Shown one piece after another: positions 1 through 16,479 of a stretch of DNA of 64,000 bases. The translations under genes were made by a program, and so were the position numbers. The notes under the pieces are model-generated. The model was not told the DNA's origin. It did not search any database and worked only from the letters and a program-made list of their open reading frames with translations. Each line of letters starts with the position of its first letter. The first letter of the stretch is position 1. Source of the DNA: Callorhinchus milii (taxonomy: Eukaryota); NCBI RefSeq assembly GCF_018977255.1, contig NW_024704743.1, positions 48,112,001 through 48,176,000 of the forward strand. Reading direction: 5' to 3'.

Positions 1-814
1 AAATCTATAAATCATCTTCCTTAATAATACACTTAGCACTACGATTTTTCTGTTTGTTTTCCCACTATGAATTTATTGGCACAGACCAGTTCATGGAATC
101 AAGAAACATTTGGTGTTTGTCAGTCCCAGTACTTGAAGAGGCTATTGTTCTCTATCGCGTTTAAAAGAGGGGGAGAAAAACATATTATGGAGAGACTGTT
201 GTCTGATGTTTCTGAACTAGTCTAAGAAAGGTAACGAAAGGAATTTTGATGTCTCAAAAATATCCAATCAAGAGCTAGGTTAATAAGATGAATTAATCCT
301 CCCAACTGTTATTATCTTGTTCTGGTCTATCTTTCGCACTTACCTATAAGCACATCTACTGAATTAATCATTTATCGATTTATATCCTATTATCCCCCAT
401 TTTGGATCATCTATCGTCTAATCACTGTTTATCAAGCTATTGTTGCATACTTTACGCACGTATGTGACTCCCAAACGCGAAACTGTATAAAATGCATGCA
501 ATTATACACAACAATATCTTGTAATCTAATAATTTTCTTATTCATGCAAACAGTATTTTATGAGAACCACCCCTGTTTTAGTTCAGAACTGATTTGGTTG
601 TTTGTAACTTTGCTGGTTCAGTCGTCGGTTCTCTGGGGAGCTTTTTGAACCAAAGTCGGTTTCTATTGGCCAGAGGCTGATCAGCTGGTTATATTTGCTG
701 CTGTCGCTTTGGCGCTCGGCCATCCTGAAACAAACCACCTCGATGACTACTAATAGCTAAACCACATTGTGTACTAATACATAACAAATCATATTACTAC
801 AGAGTGTGGAGCAA

Positions 815-1728
<914 letters not shown>

Positions 1729-3392
1729 CGTGCACATTCAAAATAAGTTTGTCTGGGCCTTTCTGTTAGATAGTGGTTTATGTGCTCAATCTGCTAAACA
1801 GAGCAGAAAAAAAATATTTCTATTAGTTTCCGTTACTATTCTCCATGAGCTTGTGTCTGTGTATAAGTGGTAGAAGAAGTATTTAAATAATTCCGCATTC
1901 CATAGGATACTATAATTATTCAACATAGGATTAATTGTTTTATAAATGTGAAATGTGAGTGTTTCTGCTTCTCTCGTGGTTACTCTGTGATGACTTGCTT
2001 TCCAAATAGTACTCCCAATTGTTTCAATCGATATTTTTCTTCATGGATATAATTTGACAGTTTTCAAATAAATGAACGCAATAGGTATGCCCTTTTGGTA
2101 CAGTTAAATACAGTACTGCATTCGCCCTTATTTTATCTGATTATATTTTATTATTGTCTTTGACAAATATTAAAGGGCATCGCGTTCAATCAGCATGTCA
2201 TGCTTTCCCTGATAAGCAGAATATTTGCTTTAATTTGGCTTCATATTCGTAGGATAAATAACGCTCGAGTGCCAACGGTGTTGCGCCTAAATTAAAATTT
2301 TACAAAATCGTAAGCCGATTTCAAAGTGTTTTATTTTAGGCTAAAGCTCTCTCAAAACTTTATTTGGCACGGGAGGCCTTGTGAAATTGATCGGTAGATG
2401 TCCTTATTTCAAAGAAAAAAATAGAGAATATACGTGTTAAGAATGACTATTCGGTTACTGGAGGCCATTAAATGCGATGATTTTCATTAAATCCGTAACT
2501 AAGGACGTAGCGGGAACCACTGTTAAATTTATGAAGCATTTATTCTTAATATTCATCACAGCAAATGTGTTCTGAACTTGAAAACGGTATCGGGTACAAA
2601 GCTCTCTTTTTTTAATTAGGTGAATGACTTCTGTATTTCTAAAGTGGGTCTTTATGGTTAGATACCGCAGTCTTCCATCTAATCTCACCGAACAGAAAGT
2701 GTGGTGTAAATAAATTGTTTCCCCGTAACCGAGGTACGAAGCAAAATTTATTTACCAGTGGAAACGGGGTTCTGGTTTAGTCTGCACTGTAATAAAGTAG
2801 ATTGGAACGATTTAAGCGCATTTTCCAAAATACGTGACATGATTTTTAAGAGCGCGAAGATTGGTTTGATAGTTCAAGTGTCTGTTTTCGAAATTTCCAG
2901 AAACACGCACAAAAACGTTAACATTGCTGAACTGTGCGACCAAAATACGTATGTAAAAAAAAACGGTGCATGGAAAAAAAAATAATCGGCTTTTTTGATC
3001 TTGTATAATTTCGCATTTTTCTCGAAATAATCAGCGATGGAAGTCAATGCGTTCGAAGAAAAACATTACATATCCCATCCAAATTAAATCCGAAAGGGAT
3101 CTTTATTCAAAGCAACCCCATTGCAAGAAAATCTCAAATTATTTTTGTAAGATAATCCGCAATTGCACAGAGAAATGATCTGCACTGGGAGGCGAGGCTG
3201 AGCAAAACAACACGATGGTCAGCAAGGATCTGGTTTCGAAAGAACCCCCCTTTTTTTTCCCCCACTGTTTTATGGTGAATGTGATTTATTTTACGAAATG
3301 TAACGGTTACTTTTGAAATGTGCGGTCGCCTTAATTCGACCCGAGGCCGATTGCCCCGTTCATCATAACCAAAGGAAACTGAGCCCCTGTCT

Positions 3393-3406
3393 CCAGAGGG
3401 TGGCGC
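3393..3406 (+). promoter_or_regulatory. Candidate CTCF site (Hoxa5|Hoxa6 boundary)
   Basis: CCAGAGGGTGGCGC matches the CTCF core CCASYAGRKGGCRS at 12 of 14 positions, in a CpG-rich patch between Hoxa6 and Hoxa5. Confidence 0.5.
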
Positions 3407-3499
3407 GCAAGGACAACCAAAAGCTGCGGTTGGGAGCCGGTGGCGCGCCCAATGCGCGTACCCCTCATCCTGATTCCTCCGCTACCTTCCCATTTGTAG

Positions 3500-3725
3500 C
3501 CACAGTGCCCGAATTTACCTCTAGAGGTCATCAGCGAGAATTTACGACTGGACAACAAAAGCACGTGATTCCAAGTCGTACCCCATATTTGGGCGCCTAC
3601 GTAGGAGGGAACGAAGTACATGTCCCAGTCATTTCCATAATTCATCATAAATTGTGCAGGGTGCTAGACGCACAAACGACCAAGAGCCACAAATCAAGTA
3701 AAAATAAATAAATAAAAAAAATCAA
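3500..3725 (+). promoter_or_regulatory. Hoxa5 proximal promoter / highly conserved 5' element
   Basis: TTTACGACTGGACAACAAAAGCACGTGATT...GTCGTACCCCATATTTGGG...GTACATGTCCCAGTCATTTCCATAATTCATCATAAATTGTGCA closely matches the mammalian HOXA5 upstream block as I recall it. E-box at 3562-3567. Confidence 0.8.
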
Positions 3726-5032
<1,307 letters not shown>

Positions 5033-5702
5033 TCAATAGAAGTACTGGGCAGTAGCTGATCAATTAGCATAATGTCAATACAGTACTGACTTCCAAAACT
5101 CTTTTCCCCTGTTACTTCTATGAAGAAAATCATTTCAGTGTTGCCGTATTCCAACCTTTGAATCGTTAGCCTGTTCTCTGGTCGTACTGTTGCCTGTTCA
5201 AGTATTCTGCTTACAGTTGTTGTCTAGGAGTAGCATAGCCTTGTGGAATATAGCTGTTTTAACTTATTTATATTAATACAAGCGGTGTTACTTGAAGTAA
5301 CTGTATAAATCGTCCAGTAAAGAAAAATGTAATTATGTGTTGCAGTCTATAAAAGTGTATGTATGTGTTAGTTGCTACATGTCAAAATAGCTCCAAGCTT
5401 GCAATAAGTAATTTAATTTCAGACTATCGTCCTTTGTAATTGATATCGTAGTGTTACATCACTGAGATGCTACCTATTCTGTGTTATTAGTGAACAGTGA
5501 ATTTTGTGAAGGATATTGCGATTTTGAATTGTATGTCTATGCTGTGCCTTGTATGACTTTGCACGAACTCCAATAAGTGGCTCTTAGCGCAGCGTCAGTG
5601 TATGTTTTTGTGACAAAGGATAAATATAAAGCCTAAAGTCTGGCAGCTTAAGAAATTTGTGATCAGCTTTTGTATTTGTTTTTAAGACTGACTGGAAGTT
5701 AA

Positions 5703-5708
5703 AATAAA
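5703..5708 (+). terminator. Probable Hoxa5 polyadenylation signal
   Basis: AATAAA about 670 nt after the stop codon, with GT-rich sequence downstream. Confidence 0.55.
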
Positions 5709-6509
5709 GTTTCTATAGTAACTTTCCTGGACTTTCGTGTCCAAAATAAGCATTCCTGTTGTGTGTTGTCCTGTGAATTAAATATTTTAAATGCTTCTGT
5801 TCGTCAACGTTTTAATATAAAATTCCGCTAAAACTAACAAATTGTGTCTATTCTGTACAATTTTGCACCATTCATTCAGATGGACATGCTACAGCCAATG
5901 TGAGTATCAGTGCTCACATGAGGCAAACAAGTTGCGCGAACTTAGGTCGAATGATTAAAATCTGCATCTTTTGTACTCTGGTTATTTAATGTTGCGGAAA
6001 GCAGAAAAATATCGACAACATTTAAACCTTTTTTCTGCATTGGATGTTAGTACTTTACGTAATTCGAATTAATACGCTTGCCTCAGACTGTAACACTCCA
6101 TACGCTCTGGCTGTTGTGCGCACCTCAAACAGCATTTGCTAATCAGGTTCATTTTATGCTAAACGCCAATTTCCCTTTCTTCCCTATATTCATACAAAAC
6201 CTCGTGTGAACACAAGGTACTTTGAAAGTCGTTTTGCGTTGATCCGGAAAATAGTGGGCATTGAAGTACTCCAAATACTTTTTGCTCTGCAGGTAGGCGT
6301 TAGTCACGTTCTCTCAACTCCTCTACCAAAGTGTAGAGTAAATGTTTTCCAACAGGTATCTTTCGTTTTAGAGTTTACTTACCGCATGAAGGCAGACCAG
6401 AGAAAAAAAGCACGTCTTAGCTCCTGACAGCAAGTAGGGATCAGCACTTTTACCCTTTCTGCTTAGTTGGTGTCTGTCCTTTAAAGTTATAAACAGTAAA
6501 CTTTTATAC

Positions 6510-6850
6510 ACCTCAGTTCCGGCTATATGACATTTGGGTGCCAAATGAATAGGGTTTTGTCTATGAATTAGATCGTAAAATCATCCATAGCACAGACTGA
6601 TAGCCTCACTGGCTATAAAAAATCACGTGGTGTCATTAAAGTAAGTTTTATGGTTTTGGGGAGTTGACAACCAACAGTATATTCTACATAACATATAATC
6701 TCACTGACGCTGGACTGCATTTGGCTCCTTTGCAGATTGCATGTGCACACAGGCCACTCAAATGGCTAATCATCATGATCAGAGGACTATCCAGAGTTCC
6801 ACAACTCTAGTGTACCAGAAAGTTATGTGTTCTTGCCTCTGGAGGTAAGT
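6510..6850 (+). promoter_or_regulatory. Element 3' of Hoxa5 with promoter-like architecture and a splice donor
   Basis: ACTGG 6608, TATAAAA 6614, CACGTG 6624, Cdx-type TTTATGG 6647, and strong donor GAG|GTAAGT at 6845. Confidence 0.6.
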
Positions 6851-9800
6851 TTTGTTGAAATATTATTGTTATTTACCATTCATGGGGGAAACCCAGCCCA
6901 GTAAATGGCCCCTAAGCACCACCCAGAGTGCACTGAGGCAGAAATGGGCCAGGGTAAATCAGTTGTTGCTTTCTTTTGGGGTTCAAGTGATTTCACTTGA
7001 TAAACAAGGTGAAACAGAGAGAATGATTTTCAAACGTGGAGTAACTTTTAGAAAGGTGAACCGACGGAGTTTAATTTCAAGTGAGGTGCATCTTTGATGT
7101 TATTTTACTCTTTGGAGGTTTATTCATTGAATCGACTGTTAATGACATCATTTTCATAAGGTTTGGCGGAAATTTGCTATCTGTTTCTCTCAAAAGTAGT
7201 AGTTTCTCCAACAGTTGTTTCAGTTTATTTGTGTGTTCGTGTCTCATGGAGGGGGTAGTGCCTCTGTGCTGGCAGGAGTTTATTCGTTTGAACAGTGTGC
7301 AGTTGTTGCTGTTACCAATACAATAGAACATTAAGGTTTTATGGTCATGCTTAGGGAAGCTGCAGGGCACTCGTACTTTTTATGACTGTTGTAAGAGTGT
7401 TGAAAGCTTATTCGTGTGGTTCTCAAAACTGCCGCTTGCTTTTTGATGACTCGAGTACACAGAATTCCTATTATACATGCATTAGTTAACATTTCCTTGT
7501 AAGAAATCTCATTATTTTGTATCTGGCTCTGGTGTCGACAGTTCTAACCGTGCTCTCTTAAATGGGTAAAATGCCTATGTTTTAGGCGAAACCCAATGAA
7601 ATAAATGCAACAAAACTAATTCAAACAACTTGGAATGACACCAGTGTCTGTGATAGAGGTGCAATATGGCTCTTTTTAAAAAAATACAGTTAAAACACTG
7701 CCAGCGGAAGAGCTACTGCAGCTTTAAATCTGACTGTGGTAACACCAACATTGTTTTAGGTGAATTGCTGGGTTCCTACTGTTCTGACTGACCAACCATA
7801 AACTTTATGACCGGCGTTTCTTTTCTTTGAAGCTTCCGCTAGGCTGATATCTAGATATACAAGAAGAGCGTTTGAAGTCACATTGTTTCTAACGAGTCCT
7901 TCAATGCGGAAGATGGACATTAGCCACCCATTAGTGTTAGATTTTACATAGGCAAACCCAACCTTTAATATAGGAAATGAAGAGAGCAGGCGGCCACATC
8001 GTTAAAAGGGGACAGCACGGTTGAAAGCAATTACCCCATCCAGAATTTCTGTTCAAAACATTCCACTGCAATTAGGTCAGTTTTACGATGTGCTATAAAG
8101 ATCCAACCACAAATGAAGGAAATAGGCCCTGTGTTACTACAGTAGTTCCGGATCGGCCGTGTCAATCGCGTTAATCTGTTGTAATTTCCCTTGTATTAGT
8201 TTACATTTAGATATGATGGTTTTAATATATCACCTGTCTATTTCACTTAAATAACTTTTATGACAAAACGAAACAGACTTTAACTTGACTCAGTACTATT
8301 CAACAGAACATTATGTATCATTTGCAAGACTTAAGTTGACTTTTAGCGGTAATTGCTTTCCCTAAACATTAATGATACTGTAATACGTTATTCAGTTTCA
8401 AATTGCATAAAGTTTCGTGGAGGTCTCTAACCTTTTCAGTTTGAAGCTATGAAACTCCAAGGAGAACTGTCCTGGCAAAATTAATGATTAATACATGTAA
8501 ATATTTATCTAATCCTCATTCATATCTATATATATTTAATTATTCGGTGGGAAACAACAAAGAGATAAAAGGCATGAAAATGCTACGAATACTGAATCCC
8601 TCTTTCTGTATTTTTCTTAATGGGGGCCAAACGCATATTGCCTCAAATAAGGGGTCATCGGTTGTCATAGTTGCACTTACTAAACAAACTGCAGGAATAG
8701 CACGAAGGGTTTAATAAAATAATCAACACGCATTGTTTACTTATATGATTCACAATGCCTTCTGAAAATAACTGGGTAGAAAGGACTAACGACATATTTT
8801 CCTATAGCTGACACTGTTATGGTACTTTTATACAAACTGACGTAATTATACGAGAGGATGCGAAGTACATTTTGAAAATTTCATCAGAAAGTTGTGTAGG
8901 AAAAGATAGAAGTATAGTTTAGTCGCCATCTCTTCCATGGTCCAAAAATGCATTTTCATGGGAATGTTTCGTTTTCTACCCCAATAGTTCTCATCTGTGA
9001 TATGAGCAAAAGAGCTGGTTCTAAAATATATTAACGTTTATAAATCTTCTCCTTCCATCTAAACTAACACATCTGTAAAGTTTGTGGTAAACCATTTGAT
9101 GTAGGCTATGAAATACATCCAAAACAGACCTTGAACACGCCATCTCATAAATCAATGAGTATATACATAGTAACAAACTACTATTTACCGTTTTGCTGTG
9201 TTTTTTTTATTTGAAATGGGTTGGGGATTACAATTGAGTAAAGAATAAAATAATTTTAGAACATGAGTAGTACATTTATGGGGTTTTGTAAAAGATTGGT
9301 TGGTATAAAATGTGGAATGTGATTTGTTTATGTTTCGCCAGAGTAAGGGCAACGAAAGGACAACACGATTTTCAATAACAACAAACTATGCTAGTTTATC
9401 TTTTGGAGACAGCAGACATCTTCTGCGACGTTTCTAACTGTGTCTTTCCCCTAAGTCCAAGGCAAAACGTCCAAACTCATTGTTTTGTACAACTCAGTCT
9501 ATGTAAACTTATGCAGCATAGTATGTGAAAATGTAATCACTCTTCTCGATGTCTTTTCAGCAATCTCGAGAGTTCTGCAACATTGTGATTTCCTGTTTAT
9601 GGACAAAGTAACAGCTAATTGATTTGACGTTCATTAGAGAGAGTAAAATAAATGAAAGAGGAAGCACCCAATGCGGATTCTTTTGTAAACGTACACAAAA
9701 CAAAACAAAACGGAAATCACTTCTAACGGAAGAGGAAAATTCATAGAAATTCACGTGTAATAATATCTTCGAGCACATAAATGGAATTTCAATATTGCGT

Positions 9801-12800
9801 TACATAATAATCAAGCTTTTGCATGGTTTTACTTTAGCTCGATTTCTGTAGCCTGACTGATGTGAAGTTTCATTTGAAATGGTTTTGCATTTCAAAGATA
9901 GTCATATTTTATTGAATATCGTAACTGAAAAGTAATTTAGGAAAACTTTACAGGGGATAGGAAGTTCTATCATCACCACATGTTATTTCTTTCATTTGCT
10001 TTCAACTGTTCTATTCACCAGTTACATGTTTGATATTAATTGTTGTTCAGAGGTCATATTAAATGGAGAGAAAGGAAATCCAATGGATGTCTGAATAGGC
10101 CGTCAGGAATTTCTCACCAATATGTTTGGGGTACAAATTGACCTTTTCTTGAAATAAGGGTTTGTTATTCTTCAGAGAAAGGAATTAATTAAATGTTGTG
10201 AACACAATATATCCAGGATCACATTTAAAATATCGCAGTGCCATTGCATCATCCTATCGTTGATGGGTTGGAGGAAAAAAATAAAAACGCACCAGAGAAA
10301 ACTATTGGCTTTTATTTTATTTTGCCAACACAATCGGTACATTAAGTAGGGAAGTAAAAGTTGTGCAGTCATAATCTTATTAACGTTTGCAAATAAAATA
10401 TTAACACACAAAATAGCAATATGAATTACGTTCATAATGACGAAGCAAACTGACACGTTGAAGGTATCGTTTCACGAAAAGTTCATATCTGATCAATGAA
10501 CAAAACTGATTTAAACATAATTTATTGTCTTTTAGATTCTTAACTTGATAGTTTGTTATCGTTTGATTCAAAATCTCGAATTTACTGCCTGTGCTACCAT
10601 TGTTTTTTGTTAGTGGAATATCATAAATAATCAGAGTCTGTGACAAACAATTTAAAGGGTATATCCCCAGATTCCCATTCTGGCTTACACCTTATAACTA
10701 GAAATGTGGATCATTTCATTGTTCTAGGATTTCTCGTTGCTTAAACCTGGTAGAGCATGTACTCAGGAGACAGAGAAAAGGGATTACCGGAAGATGTATC
10801 TGCACACCCTGCGAGTCACCAGCAGAGCTCGCTTCAGACCAAGTTCACAGTCATATTGCATTAGTATGGACGTGGGAGCTCACACGTCTATTGTTCTATC
10901 AATACAGCGGAGAAGGAGAAAAGGACGTAAATATTAAAATAGTCTCTTAACGCTAATGACTTTTTGTCAGGGTTATCTATAATTACCCGTGGCTACTGCC
11001 GAAAAAAAAACTTACCCATTTTGCATATCCAACTAAATAGAAGAGCACTTGAATAAATAGCTTGCAGACAGTTGACGTTCATACCACGTTTGAGATTAAT
11101 TTAAGGAAAAAGAAAAGGTTTCACTCATTTCGAAAAGTAACGATTCTCTCAATATTTCCAAGCCTGGAATTAGCAGTACATCATGAAAATAGTGAACGAA
11201 AGGGGAATATTATTTCAATCCTCAGTGGCGCTTTGAGAATGCTCTCTGTATCGTGGTTGGCAGGGCGGTACAACTGTAGGTCAAAAAGTTGAGGGTCAAA
11301 AGTTTACGTTTTGCACGACTTGTAATCATCTGCTCAGACAGAGTTTGATGTCAATGTTATAGCGCGATCTTGACTATCAGCACAAAAGATAAAATAGCTT
11401 TGAGTTACTCGTGTATCATACTATGGACTCCAGGTGAACCCTGGCGACTGAGCGACCTCAATTACTGACGAAAGGAAAGAAAAAATATTCTTTTCATGAC
11501 CAAGACACGCTGTATTTCATCTTGAAAAATTGACCACGGTAATTTTAATGGCTGTTGTGTACGTGCAGCAGGTAAACTTTTAGCAACTGTACACAATTTA
11601 AGTGACTTGTAAACATATATTTGAATTGTTTTATTCAGTTTAGCTTTTTATCGTACACACTCTCGCTTGTGTTCACATGGGTGAGATGCCGTGGAAGCGA
11701 AGCTGTTGAATTGCGTACACCATGGAAGCAATGTCCGACTCCGGGCAAAGATCGGCATCAATTAGGTTAAAATTCACGTTGATTTCCCCAGATAATATAC
11801 TTATTTTAAAACTGCAGTGCATGTGATGTTTGTATTGTCAGATCATTTCAAAATCACGCTATTTTCATCGATTCGATGAAAACCCAGTTTTGAGTACTTT
11901 TGTTTTGATTATGAATGGCCTAACTTGTATTTCAGTCGATTTTAATGCGCTCGAGCAAAGTGTGACACTCTATTGAGTGTTAAGCTGTCAGGGGAGAAGT
12001 TCTTTCTCCAACTAAAATCCAGGAATGCGATTTATTTATAAGTGTTCAAAAACATCCACGTTTATTCATTTTTTTAATAAACGTTGAGACGTGTTTTGAT
12101 TTTCACCACATATGTGCGACTCAATAATAATTCTCAAACTCTTTCAATGGAGTGAACACGATCAGAACAATTCAAAATGAAAACAAAGTGGTGCAATTAA
12201 ATAGCAGCTATTCCATTCAATCACTAAAAGGTCGAAGCAAGCAATGTGGTTTTGTGTGAAACTGCTTTCTAAAACGTAATGCGGTAATTCCTGATCATCA
12301 TATATATTTTAAAGAAACGTATTGACAATTTAACATAGCACTTATCGCCAATTAAACGATTGATTTAGTTTTTATTTAAATTTAGTTGATTACAATCTGT
12401 TAGTTGGATAAAAAGATGAAAGCAAAATTAATTTTACACGTTTTTGCAAAATCATACGAGTAGACAACTGAATTTATAACTTAGTACATAGTCTCGATTT
12501 TTTTAAATGAATAATCTTCCAAAATATTTCGTAAACTTGTGTAGAATGGTCCTTCCTTGATCTGTATCTTTTGAATCGAAGAATGTGTGTGGCTCTGAAA
12601 AGCATATCAGCCAAATCAGGTAAAGATAACCTAAAATAAACAGAGCACAAAAATCGTGTGGAAATAAACGAAAACAGTGTTAATTTTAGGATAGTTCAAA
12701 AAGATACAATAACTTGGATTTTGCAAGTTAGTAAACGACAAAATATATAGCGTAACCACCAGAATAATAGTTTCAGAAGTCCTTTTTTATTTGGATTTGA

Positions 12801-13714
12801 CATGAAGGGATTTTACAAAGACCAATTGAAATCTAAATTGAACTTCGAATCAAACTTGTATGGACTTGTTCGTGATGTAGATAACTCAGTGAATATGAAT
12901 ATAAACAGAAAGGATGCACATTCTCGGATGACTTCCTTTTACTATGTTAAAATAAGAGCCACGTCTTTCACATACAAACTCAATATTTCTCTTCTGTAAT
13001 AAGAGGAGGTTAAACATGTCAGTTTTCAACGAATAAATTCGTTTTTCTGAGTTAACACTTGTTACTAGTTTTGTAACTTGTCCACGATTGTGTCATCGTG
13101 GTTGTTAATCAGTGGATCATAGTCCCCATTTTAATGCTATTCTAGAACCAAAGGTTTGTTGACACTCGTTTAAAATTGGCAACTGCCCGTTTCAAAGAAT
13201 AAACTTGCCCTAAAAAGTGATAATCCTAACCTCAAACTTCTTTTATAACGCGATTTTAAATGACTTAACCCAGCCTGAAACATTTGAACCCTGCAGCACA
13301 CATATAAAGACACAAGCGAGAATTTGAAATGCAATGCAGATGTATTGCTAAAACAAAGCAGGCCTTTGTGTAAGTTTCTTGCAAGTTAAATTAATTTCAA
13401 ATTCAGAAACCACAGTGTCCAACCACTGACATGGTTTGGTTTTATTTAGTGCTTCCTCCACTCTGATTGCTATCAATTATTTACCAAAGGAAAAAAATCA
13501 CAAATTATTGATTTTTTAAACTCCAAATTGAGAACATTTTATTTAAAATATTTAAAAACGATTACCAAATAGGCTATTGAAATACGCAAGGCTGCATTGA
13601 ACCCAAGCATTTTGCCTTGTTTTCCCCCCTCCTCAAAGGTAATGACCTGGGCAAAACACCCTGGTATCTGAAAGAACACTATAGACCTTTTAGAAATGGC
13701 TAAGTCCAAGGCCG

Positions 13715-13731
13715 AGGTGAAATTCAGGTCA
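13715..13731 (+). promoter_or_regulatory. DR5 RARE 5' of Hoxa4
   Basis: AGGTGA-aattc-AGGTCA about 2.9 kb upstream of the Hoxa4 ATG; same half-sites and position as the known Hoxa4/Hoxd4 5' RARE. Confidence 0.85.
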
Positions 13732-16479
13732 CCGCGTCTAACAAATATGAAAATGTCGCCTCACGAATGGCACGCCTTGTTACTTAACAAAGACTGTCAA
13801 TGTATAAGATTAATAAGAAACAAAATGCACACGGTGTCACTTTTCGGTCACTTCCAAACTTAGCTTAGCGTATCCTTTGCGAAATCTAATTCATTGAATA
13901 AAAATGTTTTGTTTCGTTTCCCGTGCAGAAGCTCAATAAACGCGCAGTTGTGCAGCGCTGTGGGATGTGGAAGTCTGCTCGAAGATGTATCTTCGAAATA
14001 TACCGTTTTACTTGTTTTATTTTGATGCTGAGTCGAACATTAGCTATTTTAACCATATGTCCCAGATAGAAATGGAAAACAATTACATTACCACCATGGT
14101 GCAACCTATCTGATAAACCCAGGGCAGAGCTGGCGGATTCAGTCGCTAAATGAGGAATTTATGACACTATCAACTAAACTACTGGTTTCCTGTTTGGAGG
14201 GGAAATTAAACTGGTAAAGTCTAATTTCTGATTTATCAAACCGCGAAACGATCTTCACTTAAGCAGTAAAACGGATTCCTTGACTCTTTCTAAATGTAAA
14301 TTTGATATGAGCGCCTTTAAAAAATACACCTTACAAAATATTGTTTAAAAAATGCTAACTTTGGCTTTATCTTGAAAATGGCTGTAAATCTAACCTTGCA
14401 GTAAAAATGTCAAATGTGCAGGGAGGCGAGATAACACTTGGGGGTCCTGGCTCCATCTCTGTTTATGAAGGGGAAACAAAATCAGCAAACGCGACTGACG
14501 TGTGCGTTTACTTGTCCTCAGTAATTTCTTGTGTATATGAGATGCAAAACGTATTTCTCATTTTTCCTCCAAGAACATCAAAACACATATTGCTCAAGTT
14601 AATCACTTGGCGATGTTACTTACAAGCAAATTACGTTATCAGATCAAAGTAATTTGCGCCACCCAAGATAAGAGAAAATCACGTTTTTTATTGGGTAAAA
14701 GTTAATTTTACTGTATTTTTGGAAAACGAATACAATTATCTATTTATATATAATACTTATTTTGGGACATTTAAAAACACGAACTATTTAAAGAAGAAGA
14801 ATTAAATGCGAACATCTGCACAAGCTGCTCTTCGGTAAACAACACAAAATATTAGGCCTCCTTCCATGGAAATAATCTAAACACATTCCATTTGTATATA
14901 AACTCGTGGAAATAAATATTTATTTATTTATTTTATTGAAAGTCAATTCATTTCATTAGTACGATATTTTATTGAAAGCGCTTCACTGGACAATTCCGTT
15001 GGGTAGAAACAGGACAGTTGGACAAATGCACCTTCCAACTTGTGTTTTACAAAATGGTTGAAAAGGGCTCGTTCGAATCAAACATCACTTTCAATATCCG
15101 AATACAGAGACATCTTACAAATATTAAAACAGGGGCTGGTAATGATTATGAGATTGACAAGAACTGGCAGGGTGAGCCCGTTATGATTCAGAGAATAAGG
15201 TCCATTAAATATAATTACATTGCAAAAATAGAGTGGCGTAAAATTATAATTTTCGTAATGATTGAAACTCATTATTTACTGTTTGGGAATTTTTTTGATA
15301 TAAAATATTGAGTAATCACAACAATTTCTACTAAATTTAACAAAATATTGGAAATTCCACTTTTTGAATATGTATTTGTACTCCGAGGAAAGTGAATCTT
15401 TAAAAGTACAGTAATAGTAATAATTGTTAGTGGTTTATATATATACATAACGACTTATATCTTGCAGTGAAGTAACGAATTATCATAGGTGCGGACTTTA
15501 TAAAGATACGAAAATACTGGAAGCACCTGAAATATAAATTATTGATTGAGTGTTTTCCAAATACACTCGCGAGGGGGAGGGGGCATGAAATACGCCGATT
15601 TTGTTCAAAAATTCGAAATAATAATTGAATGCCGGTTAAGTGTTTGGAAAGGACTGCTGTTGAAATTAATCGTTTTGTTGAAAATTTATTTTGTGTTTTA
15701 TTTATTTGCTTCAACCAAGAATTACGTTTGCTAGGCAATTATATTAATAGAAGGTTCGTTTGTATCATGTTATATTATGTCAAATTAGATCAAATACAAT
15801 AATTAATCTCGTGAAATCGCATTTCTGTTGCATAATAAAGATATGCATCGAACGATTGGAGAACATTTTGTCCGTATTTGAGTACATTTAGAAAGAATCT
15901 GAAATGAATGTATAACTAAAATAAAATATCTTGGAAATGGTCAGAATTCTCCACCATGTTCCTAAGTCAGAACTGTTTCAAAGAAATCTATAGTGATATA
16001 TGCGATGGTATCCAGGACCTAAATGTGTTTTGTATTTGTAAAATATAGTCACAATTTTAATAAAATTCGTACTATAAGAGGTGAAACATTTCGGAAACAT
16101 TTTGACAGTACATTTTACAACAGAACCGAAAAGCGAGAATGTTTCATTCTCGTATACTGCCTTTATTTTTCCTCCGGAAAACACTGAAATATATTATTTT
16201 ATGGAAAATTATTATCAGAAAGAAGAACAATCCATTCAGACAACAAGCAATCTTTAATTGACGTTATTTTATTGTGTTTTTCCCCCACCAACATACATTT
16301 GAAAACATTTGTATTTAACAATAATACACCGTTCTTCTTATTTCCAGTCTTACATTGTGTTAAATCACGAGTTTTCTTGCATAGCTGGAAGTTTTCCTCC
16401 CTATGCAAAAAATGTAATTTCAGGGTAAAATTAGATTTTGAATGATAATATAGATTTTTGGACTAGACTCCATGCATTC

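Noticed and set aside
3620-3640. Six-codon uORF (MSQSFP) upstream of Hoxa5, and a five-codon one at 43351-43368 upstream of Hoxa2
   Set aside because: Both lie in promoter blocks and may be upstream of the transcription start; cannot be separated from DNA-level constraint.
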